From Azolla caroliniana (Eukaryota > Plantae > Polypodiophyta), in the NCBI GenBank assembly GCA_043228905.1, contig JBHGNT010000002.1:3720001-3784000 (forward strand): a stretch of 64,000 bases of DNA, given 5' to 3'. The translations under genes and the position numbers were made by a program. The notes under the pieces were generated by a model. It had not been told where the DNA came from. It saw only the letters and a program-made list of their open reading frames with translations, and did not search any database. Shown here piece by piece: positions 1 through 14,379 of the stretch (its first letter is position 1; each line of letters opens with the position of its first letter).

Positions 1-2750
1 CCGCCGCAAGTACTATAAATATCCACAAAAATTAGTTATCAGATATCACTGAATTCGCTGTAATACAATTAACTTCCGGCTCTTCAGAAATTCTAAGCAA
101 GAAATAGACAGCAAGATTTACCAGCGAGAATATGAGGACCACAAGAATCTGCGGTAGGCCAATCTCCAAACAAGATCCAATAACTGGAAAACCATATGTG
201 AAGAATGCTAGGCCAACTGCAGCTACAGTTGCTGTAACAACCACAGGGTTTACCAGCCTACACAGTCATGTAGGTACAAATAATGTTATTGAACAATGAG
301 TGAAAATTCGCAAACATTTAATTCATACTGAAAGATAGAAAGAACATGTGTAAAGTTATTCACAAAAATCTGAAAGAGAAGAAAGATTGAAAAACCTGAG
401 TAAAAATGACATCATGCCACTATATCCCAAAAGCATTTGGAATGCAGATGCTACAATGACAGCACCTTGAAGCTCTCGCATAGTATGCCTAAACCTCTAC
501 CAAAACAAAGATTCAGATCAACTTAAGCATATGAAATCCAGAATGTACAAAATTGTTATTCATCTGTTTGCAGATAACGAACATCTGTATGATATGGATG
601 CATGTATGTATGTGCATATGCATGCGTATCTATACATAGAAAGAGAAATAAGAGAAGCAGCATACATCTGTGCCTATTCTCTGAAATTCTGTGGCATTGA
701 TAATTGCTAGAGCAGGGGCAAGGTAGACAAATGAAGGTCCTTGAACCAGGGGCAACCTTGAACCCAAGTAAGTGTTCATCAAAGTTGCTATGCCCGTCAC
801 CATGAGAACAGATGAAACCACACCAGCAGTATCTTCCTGAATAGATTAGTTTAATACAGCTGAAAATACTCTCACATATTCAAAATATGACGAAAATGAC
901 TTACATCACTGCCACCCATAGCTGGAACAATTATTAAAGGAATGAGAACAATAGATCCAACCATTGAAAGATAATGCTGAAGGCCATATAGTGTGGAAGA
1001 AACTGCATGAGAGAAATTAAATTAAATTAAAAATAATAGAATATATATAATAGCCATGATACCTGTTATTTACGTGTCATGTGATCACATGGTTTGTTGT
1101 ATTCCAATTTTCTTGACCAAAATTTCTCAGTTTGTAGAATATAGAGTGTAATTGAAAGAAAGTTTGGTATATTTTCAATTTCTAAAGTAAATTCGCAAAG
1201 AAAAATCATAAAATATATATAATTGAATAGAGTTTAATTAAAACTAATTAAGCTGGTTCAAAGAACTTTGTAAAGGACAGTTCCATACATAGGTTTGTTT
1301 TATGAAATAATTTGGCTAAGAGAGGCCATAATTCTGAGTTATAAATGGGATGGACAGTTATTACAGAGAACTTTCCAAAGTATTGCCTCTTACATGTATA
1401 AATCTTTCATTTAAGTACCTAATGCACAGACATACACATACAAATATGTGCTTGTGGTGTTTAAACAAATTTCCTCTCTCAATAAATTCTCGAAGAAAAC
1501 AGATTTGAATGTAGAAAAACCTGAAGATTCTGAGAAATTCTACAGCGAAAAACCTTCTTTGAGCAATGTCTCAAATCACAGATGTCAAAATCTGTTTTTA
1601 GAAGACTGAATAACTTTCTCTTCCTTGAAGTGCTTCGTATGAAATCACCAAGAAAGCAAAGAGAAGTACTTTTGAGATGAACACCTACCAAGGCTATCAT
1701 AGTAGTTCCTTGCATATATTGTCCATTTAAATGCCCAATACACATATTTCTATAAGTTGTTCTTAATCTATTAGCTTGAAGGATTACGCAGAAGCATTAA
1801 TCGTTTATGATACTCCCTTCCGTGCATAAATTTTCTATGTAAGTATCTGAAACACATTAGTATAAATAATGCCTAATCTGTGATCCTAAAGTGAAGTAAT
1901 AATCAGCTATGTACAAAGCGAAATCATGAATGAAAGTACCTGGACGCACAGTTCTATAAGTAGTGCTGAATCTTTGATGTTGTGGAATAAAAAGCATCGT
2001 ATGATTAATTTAGCCTTGAAAAAGAAACTTACCAACTCCAGGATTTCCGGTGATGTCTAATTTTGAATCGTTTGATGACACATGGTCCCGAGTGCAATTG
2101 CTCGAAGAAAGTTCAATTTCTGAGTCTGTACTGTCAATTTTAGAATGATAATGTTTATGTGATCCATTGAGGTGATGGTAAGGTCCAACAACAGGAATAT
2201 CTGATGATTTCTTCTCTTCGGCAATGCTTTCTGGACGCAATTTCAGTGAAGAAGGATCAGGAGGAGAAAGAGAGGAATTGTGATGAATGGGATGAGCAAC
2301 TATGCTTGCTGGTCGAAGATGATGAAACGGCGGCGGCGGAGGAGGAGGAGGAACAATACTAGCTGAAGTATTTGACCTTGAAGGAGGAAGAGGTGGAGGA
2401 GGCAGAACTGTACTTAGAACTGTAATGTTTGATCTCGGATTGTTATAGGAAGAAGAAGAAGAAGACGGATGTGGAGGAAAACTAGGAATCTGTTGTTCAG
2501 GGACAAATCCTGAAGTTTTATTCGTAGATCTAGCTTGCTCTTGATCTATATTTAACCTTTTCTGATCAACTCGATGATGATTTTTCATGGAAGGATTTAC
2601 TGTATTTCTTTCTGTAATATTATTATTCACAGATTCCATATCGCTAATTGCAGACTCTCCTGAGACGTATGTACTAATGTGGCCAGTTCGCTTGGCCCAG
2701 GATCTGAGAACTTTAGAGTCATGGCCATGGTCTAGAGGTAAAGGTTCCAT
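1..2750 (-). CDS. NAT11: Nucleobase-ascorbate transporter (NAT/NCS2 family), NAT11/12 subgroup; 5' part only, continues beyond the window start
   Basis: GT-AG exons that join in frame: 2033-2750, 905-1002 (YGLQHYLSMVGSIVLIPLIIVPAMGGSD), 666-836 (GSRLPLVQGPSFVYLAP), 396-496 (FRHTMRELQGAVIVASAFQMLLGYSG), 122-257 (LVNPVVV..AAVGLAFFTYGFP..GSCLEIGLPQ) and 1-12 (YLRR). The N-terminal LRSWAKRTG..SGE motif and long Pro/Ser-rich N-terminus match the NAT11/12 subgroup. Confidence 0.93.
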
Positions 2751-3489
2751 GGAAAATTATATCGATATAGATAGATTGATTGAAAGTGTTTTATTGTACT
2801 GATCTAAAATAACTAAACACAAAGATGCAAACTTCTTCTTCCTCTGATATGAAATTAGAACTCAAATAACTGCAAAGATGATGTAGCTTCATTCTGTTCT
2901 GCTTAGTATTTTTCTCACACAAAATTCGACCTAAAAGAAAGTTTGTTTCTGCTATTGGCTCCGTTTCTGATCCGAAGTCTGAAATGCTGCCTTTTTTTCT
3001 GTCTTCTCTTCTTTCTTTTCTGGAAAAACTACAAAGGTCCAACTTAGCATATTTACTGAAATGCTTCTGCTCTACAGCTTAATTATCCTGTGTGTTTGAG
3101 AATGTAGCGCGTAGGGATTCTTGATTCACCATGGCCACTGTGATCTAGCGGATCCATGGCAGATAATTTATCAAGCTTTCTGCGTTTTCCAAAAGATTAA
3201 CCAGCAAAATTACGTACTGAGATTCTTGCTTCCGTGTAAAGATAGTAGAGTACTTGCTGTGGAGAATCGCTGCGATTCTCTTGTATAAATTTGAGCTTTA
3301 TACTCCAATAAATGAGTACTTATTCTTGTTCAAGGATCAGCCTTCAATATACTGATTCCTGAAGGGTATGGTTTAGTTATAATTAAGCTCATGACAACTA
3401 GCCCTGATCTAATTATAGACTATAAGTCTTTTCTAAGATCTACTCACCTTAGGAGAGCTAAAACGCCTGCTTATAGTTATTAATTCCCT

Positions 3490-3552
3490 TCAGCTTCAGC
3501 TTACTTCTTCCTCTTCTTCTTATTCAGCTTAGTTCTTCTTCTTATTCTTCAG

Positions 3553-3586
<34 letters not shown>

Positions 3587-3700
3587 CTTCTTCTTCAGCT
3601 TTCTTCTTATTCTTCAGCTTTCTTCTTCTTCTTCAGCTTACTTCTTCTTCTCCTTCTCCTTCTTCAGCTTACTTCTTCTTCTTCTTCTGCTGCTGCTGCT
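3490..3700. repeat. Degenerate (TTC)n/(CTTCAG) microsatellite tract upstream of the NAT start
   Basis: Long run of TTC triplets interspersed with CAGCTTA. Confidence 0.9.
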
Positions 3701-3911
3701 TCTTATTGATTAATTCCCTTCTGTTTCAGCATAACTATGTACTGAATCATGCAAGGCTTCTTTCTTTCTTCCTTCTTCTTTCGTCTCCTTATTCTTCTGC
3801 TGCTTTTTCTTAATCCTCCTCCCCTACATCTGCGTCTCCTTGTTCTTCTTCTTCATCTGCTCAATTCCCTTACGGTTCCGCTAAATCCTCTTTCCTCGTA
3901 TTCTTCCTGCT

Positions 3912-3953
3912 TGGCGATGGCGATGGCGATGGCGATGGCGATGGCGATGGCGA
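3912..3953. repeat. (TGGCGA)n hexamer microsatellite, about 7 copies
   Basis: tggcgatggcgatggcga... read directly. Confidence 0.9.
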
Positions 3954-4239
3954 GCTGTGCACAGACAGTCTCTCCACTCCAACTGAAAAACCAAATCGCA
4001 AACAGAAAAGAAGAAGAAAATTTAAGAAAATTACAGAAATGTCCTGTTCAGGGAATGTAAACTACAAAAATGTCCATTCATTCATTCACCAACAATTCTT
4101 TGTAGCCAGCCTTATATGCGTGTTTTCTTTTTCTTCTTCTTCTTTTTGCCCCCTTCTTCCTCTTTCTTCAACTCTAAGCCACGAAAAACAACAAATGGTG
4201 AAGACCCACAATTCACAATACCCAAAACAATTCGACTCA

Positions 4240-4740
4240 AATCATGTTGCCAGGCGGCTCGGAACAGTAGACTTGGTTTCGCACTATAAGATGATTAAGT
4301 AAAGCTACTGACCTGAATCAAACCGTCAGTCGATGTGAAATAGTAGGCTTGAAATCATGTCATTAGGTGATTCGGAATAGTGGACTCGAAACTATAAGAT
4401 GATATGAAACAATAGACTTGAAATCGTGCCATAAGGTGATTCGAAATAGTAGACTCGAAACTATAAGATGATATGAAATAGTAGGCTTGAAATCGTGCCA
4501 TAAGGTGAATCTTCAGAATAGTAGACTCGAAACTATAAGATGATATGAAACAGTAGACTTGAAATTGTGCCATAAGGTGATTTGGAATAGTAGACTCGAA
4601 ATTATAAGATGATATGAAACAATAGACTTGATTCACACTACTAGATTATGTAAAGTTATAGAGTTGAATCAAACCATAAAAGGATGTAAAGCAATAGACT
4701 CGAACCATGTTGTAAGGCAATTTCCAAACTAGGCTTGATT
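4240..4740. repeat. Tandem repeat, ~69-bp unit, 4 good copies plus degenerate flanking copies
   Basis: Unit gccataaggtgattcgaaatagtagactcgaaactataagatgatatgaaa(c/t)agtag(a/g)cttgaaatcgt recurs. The ORF at 4355-4636 shows a 23-aa periodicity. Confidence 0.85.
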
Positions 4741-7667
4741 CACATGATCAAACAACGCAAAACAATGCAAACATATATATGTATTTGTAGTCATTGCCCT
4801 ACCAATTGGATCATGAGAAAGTGTTGAGAGTAGAACCTCATAACAAATGGAGACATACACAAGTTTAAGGGGATGGACTTTGTTAACAACGTTCTCGTGC
4901 TCTAATGATTAAAATGTGCATTGAAGCTCTTCGTGATGTATGTCTCTTATTAGCCAATGTATCCATGTGACCTATGAAAGTGAGTAGAAGAACATGAGAT
5001 TTTTGTTAGCGCTCACATGAGATGTTTGGGAGGAAACGATGGCAAATTCAGATTGATTAAAAGTAACACGTGAATTTTACTCATTTCCTTCACCTATCGA
5101 CATGTTTCCATTGAAATTTATGTAATTTTCTTTCATGGAGATTGTGTGGATTATTGTTATCCAATGTGGGTTTTCAAGCAACACAAAAGTACCAACCCGC
5201 ATTGTATTCCTCTATATCAATCACCCTTAGTATGATTGAGTTTAACATATGTAAATAAAAATAAATAGATGCTCTTTTAAAGCATGAATACTTGTTTTTC
5301 TAGAAATCTAGCAGCTTTACAGACGAATTTACTTTCGAATAAGCTTGTTAAAATATTATGGGTAGTGGATCTACATATATCAAAATGAAAACCTCAAAAA
5401 GATTTTGCGAGTCCATATTATATGGAGGGAAAGGCCAAATCCAATTTGGTTGATGAGAAGGATTTTCCAACAACACATACTTTTAAATGTATTTTCATAA
5501 TTGAAGCACTCGGTCCCCATGCAATTCGTTCTCCTTTCATATCAATATTGAATGCTTATTGTTAATATCTTTCAAATTATAACATTGGCAATATTTTCTC
5601 TTTTTAGAGCACTATCAATTGTTATTATTGATGTCTTTCAATGATTTTATGTCGTTGTTAGTGACTAGAAACACACACCAATCTCAAAAGTAATATATTT
5701 ACCACGAGGTTGATCACAAGTAATGTCATACCGATTGTTGATCGTGATTGATGAGCTATATTCTTGAAACAAAGTATATAAAGAGGCATTCTTATTACTT
5801 GGGCACGTGGTCAATCTCGAGATTTTTGTAATTGATGATGAGTGAAATTTGAGATGTTGTGCAAAATATGGTCTCAAAGCTACACATTCTTATGTCAGGT
5901 ACAGTAAAAAGTAGCATTGAGCTTTGTATACCCTCAATATACACGCAAGATTGATACATCATGTATCGTGCAATGAGCCCACTTACAACGGGAGTTCATG
6001 GTATAGGCTTAAATCATAGTATTCCCATTAACTTTGTGTAGATGCAAAATAGAAAGTCGGGTCTTATTGCATATATCTCACAAAATGATACATGGAGTAT
6101 TATTAAGTATCAACAAACTCACAATAGACGAAGCAAAATTTTACATCAGCCATCATGTAACCAAGGTTACTTTTGTTGAAAGTTTGTAGCCCATTTGCAT
6201 GTGATATCATGAAAGGTGCAAACTCAAGACCATTTTTGTCTTTAAGTTGCCTCCTTGTGATTCTCTTGTTCAAATTTGTTGTAGGTAAATACATATTTCG
6301 AGCACTCTATGCATATCTTTTAATTGTAATGATTTTGCATGATAATGCGCATTTTCCTTTGGATGGAATGAGACATACTCGTCTTCCAGTAGTTACTTTT
6401 ATATCGATAACCATTTGACACTAAATAATTTCATCATGAGTAACATATGAAATGGTTTGAACCAATACCCAACTTGCATGCATTTTTATTATTATTGAAA
6501 CAAATACATTTTTTATTATTAACTCATGCATTGGTATTCACACATGGTAAAATCTAGTCTGACACAAAATCAAATCTCACCAAAATCATAGGCTCATCCT
6601 CAGAGGATACAACATTTCCCTTTTAGTTGTCCAAAGACGTGCAATGTGTTTCGTATCATGTTCACTTTCTAAGCCACATGAAAATTTACGACAATGATCC
6701 GGACAAACAAGTTGTATTTAAATACATACTTTTATGGTCTAAGCTCTAATTTGGATATATTTCTTAAGAGTACCATCATGTGTCGTGAAATGAGCAAGTA
6801 CATTTTTTCTATGTCATGTTGCCATTGTAATTTGTACATTCATCAAAGGAATTACTTACTTTGTAAAGTGATGAGAATTCATAAGTGAATTCAATCATTG
6901 CAACTATTATAACATGGCATCAACTTAGAGAATGATATTTGGTAACTTATTTCCCCCTTTTCTTCTTTTTTGTTTTATCTATTCTATGCAATTGTATACC
7001 AACCACATGATCCCACCAAGAAGTGTGCATTGGCCTTCGAGAAGCACATTTTTTAATGGAAAAAAGCTTCATTACCGTCCTCTTCTCCATAACCATATCT
7101 CACCTACAACCACATGCTTTCTACATACATGCTTACTACATACATAACCATATCCAATTGTTAATTGTCATAAGATTGAATTTTTTGAGATTCGACTAGA
7201 GTCTAATCACATCCTTTTGAGCTTTTGTGTAAAAAAACATACAAGAACAATTGTGTCAAACCTTGGCCCTTCCATAAACATGTTAGCCATTACACGAGTG
7301 CTAATTTATAGTCTCCTTCAAGTCATAAAAGAGAAGATGGCCACGAGCATGCATAACTATAGTCTATGTGTTGGTTCATATGAAGATGAGGATGTGGCAT
7401 ACACATAGTGTAGATGACATTCAAATTATGGATCTTTTATGTCATGTGCAAAGTTGTGACAATGAAGGGGTAAAGTAGATTAAGGTTGTCATTTGGAGGT
7501 CCTAAAATCCTTTAATGGCTTCATGAGAGGTCACGACACTTGTTGTGTTGTACCCAAGGGCGAGTCGAAGAACATGCAAATACATCTCGGGGTACACACA
7601 TGGCCATGAAATGCATCTGTAGTTGTTGCCCGTTGGAATGAAGAGTATATATGTTTTGTGGTATAAA

Positions 7668-8092
7668 TTGGGGGCTAATTTAGTAAATTATCCAAATTAA
7701 CCAAACCTGGTATGTTTTGTGTGAAAGAACGTCGTGGTTAGTTTAGTAAACATTCCGAATCAAGCAAACCAGTTGTTTTTTGTGTGAAAGAATGTAGGGG
7801 CTAGTTTAGTAAATGTTCCAAATTAAGCAAGCAAACCTGGTATTTTTCGTCTGAAAGAACATCGAGGCCAAGTTTCATAAATCATCCTGATTAAGCGAAC
7901 TTGGATTTTTTGTGATGAAAGAACGTCGGGGCTAATTTAGTAGATATTCCAAATTAAGAAAACATGGTATTTTCGTGTGGAAGAACATTAGGGCTAGTTT
8001 AGTAAATTCTCCAAATTAAGCAAACCTTGGTATTTTTGTGTGAAAGAACGTCGGGGCTAATTTAGTAAATATTCCAAATTAAGCAAACCTGC
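7668..8092. repeat. Tandem repeat, ~60-bp unit, about 7 copies
   Basis: ggggctaatttagtaaatattccaaattaagcaaacctggtattttgtgtgaaagaacgtc recurs at about 60-64 bp spacing. Confidence 0.88.
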
Positions 8093-8209
8093 CTTGTAAC
8101 GAGTTTCTCCATCTCTCTACTCGACTCTGTTTTCCTGCCGAAAGCAGAGAAGATCGATTTCAGGGCATTTGGCGAAGAATGAAAATCTCGTTGGTACTTT
8201 AATGTGAGA

Positions 8210-8570
8210 CCTACACTTAGATTTCAGCGAATTCCATTTGCAAACACAAATGTACAAATTTTAAGTGTTATGCATTTAATTCTTGTTTGGTAATCTTGCA
8301 AATAGATAATTATTTAGATTTTACTGAATTTATTCTTCTTTGTTTTGTTTTTTGATAGCATTAACAATCCTAAACAATCATACATTTGTTTTCCCCTACA
8401 TTTAGATTTCGGCGAATTCCATTTGCAAACAAAAAGGTACAAATTTTAAGTGTTCTGAATGTAATTCTTGCTTTGTAATTTTGCAAATATATAATTATTT
8501 AGATTTTACTGAATTTCTTCCATTGTTTTGTTTTTTGATAGCATTCACAATCCCAAGCAATCATACAAAT
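8210..8570. repeat. Direct tandem duplication, ~185 bp x2
   Basis: cctaca(c/t)ttagatttc(a/g)gcgaattccatttgcaaac...aatcataca at about 8210 and 8395. Confidence 0.85.
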
Positions 8571-8686
8571 CTCAAAAGGTATGGTATACTTCCGTCATTA
8601 TTTGTTGTCACATTTTGCATATATTTCACATTAGGTTAAGAATGCATAATGGAATCTCTGAAACCTCTAGCTAGTATTCATGGCAA

Positions 8687-8955
8687 TTGAGGTTTAGATA
8701 TTACCATAATCCATAACACATTTGTTCTTGAATCTGACCATGTTGGAAACATGCATTACAAGAAATTGTGTTAGGGATGTATTGTGTAACAAAACATAAT
8801 GTAGCTTAGGGTACCAATGAGTTGAGGTTTAGATATTACCATAATCCATAGCACATTTGTTCATGAATCTGACCATGTTGGAAACATGCATTACAAGAAA
8901 CTGTGTTAGGATGTATTGTGTAACAAAACATAATGTAGCTTAGGGTACCAATGAA
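8687..8955. repeat. Direct tandem duplication, ~135 bp x2
   Basis: ttgaggtttagatattaccataatccata...gtagcttagggtaccaatga at about 8687 and 8822. Confidence 0.88.
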
Positions 8956-11300
8956 AGGAAGAAAGATATATTAACGTTTTGGAAGAAGCCAAAATGAACT
9001 ATGTGAAAGAACAAGAGATAATGTCTTAAAATGTTGTCTCATATGTGGGAACAACAAACCAATATAAATATAACAAAATTAGTAACACTGCGTAAAGTAC
9101 CAAATAATATCGTTCCCTAAGCACTTCAAATTCTGAGCTTAGATGAACTGAAACTTCTGTTTTTGAAAAATATCCAACATAGCCAGATCCAAGGTGGAGA
9201 GGTCCCCAAAGCGAGGGAAGTACCTTTGCTGTCAACTGATAATGGACTTGATTTGTCAATAACAAGGGTGATGGGTCAGATGGACATGGACTAAGTGCGA
9301 GAAAAATTGCTATTGCCCTGTCTATTGTAACCCCTATTGAATGTTGTGGTCGAAATTCTATTGTTACAGCTAAATGGATCATTGGGCTGTGGTCTAGGTT
9401 CACATGGCCTATGTGTACCAACAATTGATGTAGTGTCTGATCTATTCTGATCCCTTTCAAATGTTGTAATTGCAACCTTTTATTGACTTGCAGCATGAGG
9501 AGTGGTGGAGCTAGAGGAAGTTTTGATGGCTCTCTGTTGAGTATTTGTGGTTATATGATAGTCCAACAGCTTCTCTTTATGTCTCTTCATTTCTACCTAG
9601 AATAGCCCCACATGTCATTGGTCTTCGTATTCCATTACCTTTTGGAGTAGGCCAAATCCGTGTTTGAAGATGTGGTGATCAACCCCCCCCCCAAAAAAAT
9701 AAAATTAAAAAAAATAAAATTTAAACCATTTCATAAAAACTGCGTAATGGCAAACACAGCATCCCCCAATTGGACATTTTCACAGCACAATTGGAATATC
9801 TGTTCATCCATAGATTTGGTGCGCATAAATATAAATATGCACACATGCTTGTCTCAATTTCTTACTGATATGAAGAGAACTTTAGCTGCCCTATCATACT
9901 ACAGAGCACATGAGATTGATATGTATCCGTATAAGAGGGCCTGATGATAAATGGATGGCCTTATAGTGGGTCATCTTCTTACCAATAAGCATTCTTTCAT
10001 TATCCAATTTAATGGTATCAAATTGAATCGTGTTGTTATTTTTTACACTCTTGTCATGTCCAGCAATCTAAGTTCCAGTCTGGCATTTGATCATACCAAT
10101 GATGATTATCTCCATGTTCTGCCAGCTGTTTCAATGATGTAAATGCTATTCTGAGTACCTTTGCCTAGGAGCTGTCAATCTATTAGTCCCTATTAACTGG
10201 TCAAATTGTGCCAACTGCTCTCATCTTTGCCCATATTATATCGAGGGGCATCAACGTTTTGTTCCTTATCATACAGGCAAGCATTAAAACTAGATGTCTC
10301 CCAAAGCTGTCTAGTTATCTTCCTATGAAGGCTCGGCTCCTAAGTTTCTTCCATAGAAAATGTGGATGTTAGAAGTGTATCAAAGAACCACTATTTTGTT
10401 AATGGTTCTGGGAATAATATATTTGTGCATTGTGCTCAAGAAAGTTGAGCACAAGAAACCTCTCATAGGAAGAATTGAGGCCTTGTGAATGTTATTCCCA
10501 GGTATGCCTAGGATAGTGTCTGTCAACTTTTCCTCTCCCAAAAAGAATTCTCTTCTGACCTTGTCACCCATGCTTCTTGTGTCTATAATAATAACTCTGT
10601 CATCTCTATAGACAACGCATTTTTCTTCCTTTCTTGCATCAAGTAGTTGTGTTATATTTTTGTTGCAGTGTGCTTCTTGAGCTGTTGTGAGATCACCAAG
10701 TTCTTTCAGTTCTATATTCACCCCTTTTTGTTCTTTCAACTAGATCATAAGAGATAACCCAATTCAATATTTGAAATACCTCAACTCATGATATGTGATT
10801 CAATACATTGATATTGTTGTATGACTCAATACATTGATATGGTTGTAGGAGCAGTCCACATGTCTTGCACCATTTTGGGTTATGTTGAACTGATAGCACT
10901 TGTTTGTCATAAGGTGTAGTATAATTTTGATAAGAGTATTGAGGTCTTTCTTGTTCCATTAAATCACCCTGTTGGCTTCAGATGGGTTATCTTGAGTGTC
11001 TCCTCAAAACAAGAGATTGCTATCTTTGGAAGAAACAAACTTCGTGTGTTCTGTTTGCAGCTTCATGAAAGCTTATCTTGTATCGTACTGGTGTAGAGTA
11101 TAAGCAATGATGGTAGATAGTATTGGAAACATTGTTACTAGATATCTCACATATTGGTTAGAGATATTATTGGATGTTTGAAGTAATTGCTGGTTAGAGA
11201 TATTAGTGGAGATATCTTTGCAGCAATGTGAATGAATTTAGGTGAAGAACGGGATCAGAAGAAAAATCTTAAGCATTACTATGGGAGCCTATTATGTTTG
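8955..11300 (-). mobile_element. Degraded non-LTR retrotransposon (LINE 'family B'): RT C-terminal part plus 3' UTR
   Basis: Minus strand at 9560-9660 reads GFGLLQKVMEYEDQ*HVGLF*VEMKRHKEKLL, matching copies at 52.6-53.9 kb, 54.2-54.4 kb and 61.0-61.3 kb. It shares 3'-UTR motifs with them (ggggttacaataga..gggcaatagcaat; ctcatgct.caagtcaat). The far (5') boundary is approximate. Confidence 0.6.
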
Positions 11301-14300
11301 AGAACTTGCGATGTAGAAAGTTGTTGTAACAATACAGATATATATAACATGATCATGCAGCACTACCAACACAAACAACATGATCAAACTCTTTTATCTT
11401 AGTTTGTAGGTGCTCAATAATGGTGGGTTCATCTAGCTTTGGATTTGCTTCTTTCTTGTCACGCCAGAAGAGGTTTTGTATCATTTGCATCTCTCGTTGA
11501 CAAATAAGCAAGAAAAATGTGTAAATAAAGCTTAATAGTTTTGATTTTTGCATGTCTTCATTAACAGACGAGGGCAGTCGAGTGTGAAAAATGTAGAATC
11601 AGTTAATTCAGGTAATTTTTGATTTGTTTTGCACAACTGCAAATTTTGATTTTCAGTTGACCCATTCTGGGACAGCGTGTGAAAGACAAGAAACAAGAAA
11701 TCAAGTTTAGTGTAATTTGCTATCAGCATTATTCAGAAAATACATTCCATAACTTCAAATTTGGTGCACATAACTCTAAAGTCAGGAGATTTTCAGTATT
11801 AAATAATCTTCAAAATATCGAGGTTATTATTAGTTATTCCAAAAACATTTTAGATGAAGGAGTATTATATTTTAGTGATATATATATAATTTCTCGAGCA
11901 CTAACTGCCTTGCATTATCAACTTGGATTCATAGATAAATAATGTTCTTTTTCACTATGAAGTACAGAGTGCAAAGGGCCTGTTTTGCCAGAGTTACATA
12001 GCCAGGATGTGGATCTCAGCAGGGCAAGAAATCTTACATATATTGAGTTTATAACTTAAAAGACAGTTCGCTTACATATAATCTAACCATTAATGTCGCA
12101 CATTTATCTTTTGTTATAATCAGAAACTTCATTGGTATTAGAGAAAAGCATTATCTGTTAAAAGTAAGAACCTTGGGTTCAAATTTTTGTGCAGGCGATT
12201 TCGCCATTGAAGTTTAATTTCACCATACCAAAAATTATTGAGGGATCAAGCTGTAAAAAATACCAATCTCTACCTCATTCATTTGTGAGTAAAGAAATAT
12301 CGCTCCCATGAATGCTAATAATGTAGGGATTTTAACATGCTTAACATATGCATAGACACACATACACGCTTCTACATAAACATGCACATACATAAATATG
12401 TACAGACATACACACACATGCATGTATGTCTATTGTTTGTATGCATGCATGCATGCATGCATGCATGTATGTCCATCTACCCGCACATGCACACATGTGT
12501 ATGTATGTGTATTTATATACCTCATGGTATTTTACCACCATGATCCTTGAGTTACAAAAGAAAGTCTGGTGCTTTTTTATTATTATCAGGAAGGCGGCAT
12601 TGACCTTCGACCATTAATATCAGTACTTGAACCAGCATCAGAGGTATAGAATTATGTCTTGGACGAGTGATATCCTTCATTTTTGTGTCATGTGCATATT
12701 ATCCTTACTATTCAAGCTTGTAGGTGGGTGAGATTGATGAACTTTGGGATTTTTACTCCACACTTGAAGAGGTATGCATTTTATTAGGGAAAAAATTATA
12801 AAAGGATACTTGAACTTTATCGAAAATCATATCTATGTGTGGTTAGAGTAGGTCAAGCATAACTTTTTTAGTGGAAGGAAAGCATACTTTTAATCTGAAA
12901 CATTTTAAAACATCTACCACTTGTCCAATTAGTAGATATGTGAAGCTGAATTTGGTTTTATTTGTCTAATTTGATAAAGCTTTCCTCCTTGGAGTTGAAG
13001 CTCAAAAACAAGAAACCAAGTGACAAACAAGCTGCAAATTAAAGTAATGCTTTATTTTAAAACTCATAATGAAAGAAAAGAAATCTACATGGTAGTGTTC
13101 GGGAATCATTACAAGCTTTTGCACCCAGTCATCTCGTAACTTAGTGAGCTTAGTGAGATTTGAACATTAGTCAACAAGGATATTGCTTATTCTTATATGG
13201 TATAGTCTCAATATGATTATAGCATAGAGAGAAATGTATACTTGAGTGATTTGGTTACCCTTTGATTCCCACATGGTATCCACATTTTCCATGTAGTTTC
13301 AAATACCAATAACTTCAATCAAAGTGCACCAATTGCTATCTGATTCTATAATATCATCCAACTATTGATATGTTGTAAAATATAATATTTCACATGTTCT
13401 TTCTTTTAAGACTCCAAATTCAAATTCAAGTGCTTGCAACTTGCATTCTAATTACTCAATTTTATATATTCAAGACATTCTATATCTTGGCTTAAACTAA
13501 AAAGACCTTTCCTATGTGTCTCTGTGTGTGAAAACACACAATTACATTAATAAATGTGTGAAAAGCGCTACAATAATAAGTGATGGAGTATGGTCATCAT
13601 TATGCGGGTTGTGGAACATGTTGTACTGCCAATAGACAAGACAAACACTCTATCAAGGAAATAATTTCTACTTGCTCCAATAAAGAAAATGGCCACATTA
13701 GTACACCCTTCAACTTTTGTAGATATGCTTTGAGTACATACCTACAATCAAATACAAAAGCATTACACATGTCTCAATTATGATGGAATCCCCAATATCT
13801 TAGAAATAGGAAACTGATCTCCACATATAATTTTAGGTTGCGATATGTGAATTGTTCAAATACTCATGGTCTTACATTAAATAACATTGTGACAAAACTT
13901 GCTAAATTTGAGAAATGTAACTCCAAATCTAACTTGCAATCAAACATTGTATGAAACAATAAGTATTATCTTTTATTAGAAAAATGCAAAAGAAGCAATT
14001 TCCCACTGCTAGTCTGTGTTGTTTTCGAACTTACCCTAAAGATAAATCCCCAATCAAAACTCTCCAAGTGAAGACCTTTGTGGTAAGTGACACTTTAGAA
14101 TGCCAATTGTATTTTAAGATTTACTAGCATCTATAATCAAAGTTATGTACTTTCCATTATTGTTTAGCCTTCGATGATAACCACCAAAGAGATTCGTGCG
14201 AGATAAACTCATAAGTGCGAGATTATTGCTCTTTAACAAACTCCAAAATTCGTTGAGATTGATCTCTTACATCTTTGTTTTGGACCATCCAAAAAGGATT

Positions 14301-14379
14301 GGATGGTCCAAAACTCATGCATTAGCTTATTTTTATACTCCTATATATGCTTATGATATTGTTTTATTCTCATATACCA

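Noticed and set aside
3749-4060. ORF with MAMAMAMA and Leu-rich segments
   Set aside because: It is the translation of TTC and TGGCGA microsatellites and has no domain.
7668-8092. CRISPR-like appearance of the regular 60-bp array (and the 69-bp array at 4240-4740)
   Set aside because: Whole units repeat with no unique spacers, there are no cas genes, and the context is eukaryotic with introns.
9026-9496. 156-aa ORF containing GVTIDRAIAI, reminiscent of Pif1 helicase motif V
   Set aside because: It lies in the 3' UTR of LINE family B downstream of the RT C-terminus, no other helicase motifs are present, and the frame is not kept in other copies.
12235-12617. Several overlapping Cys/His/Met-rich ORFs
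   Set aside because: Artefacts of (CA)/(TA)/(ATGC)n low-complexity sequence.
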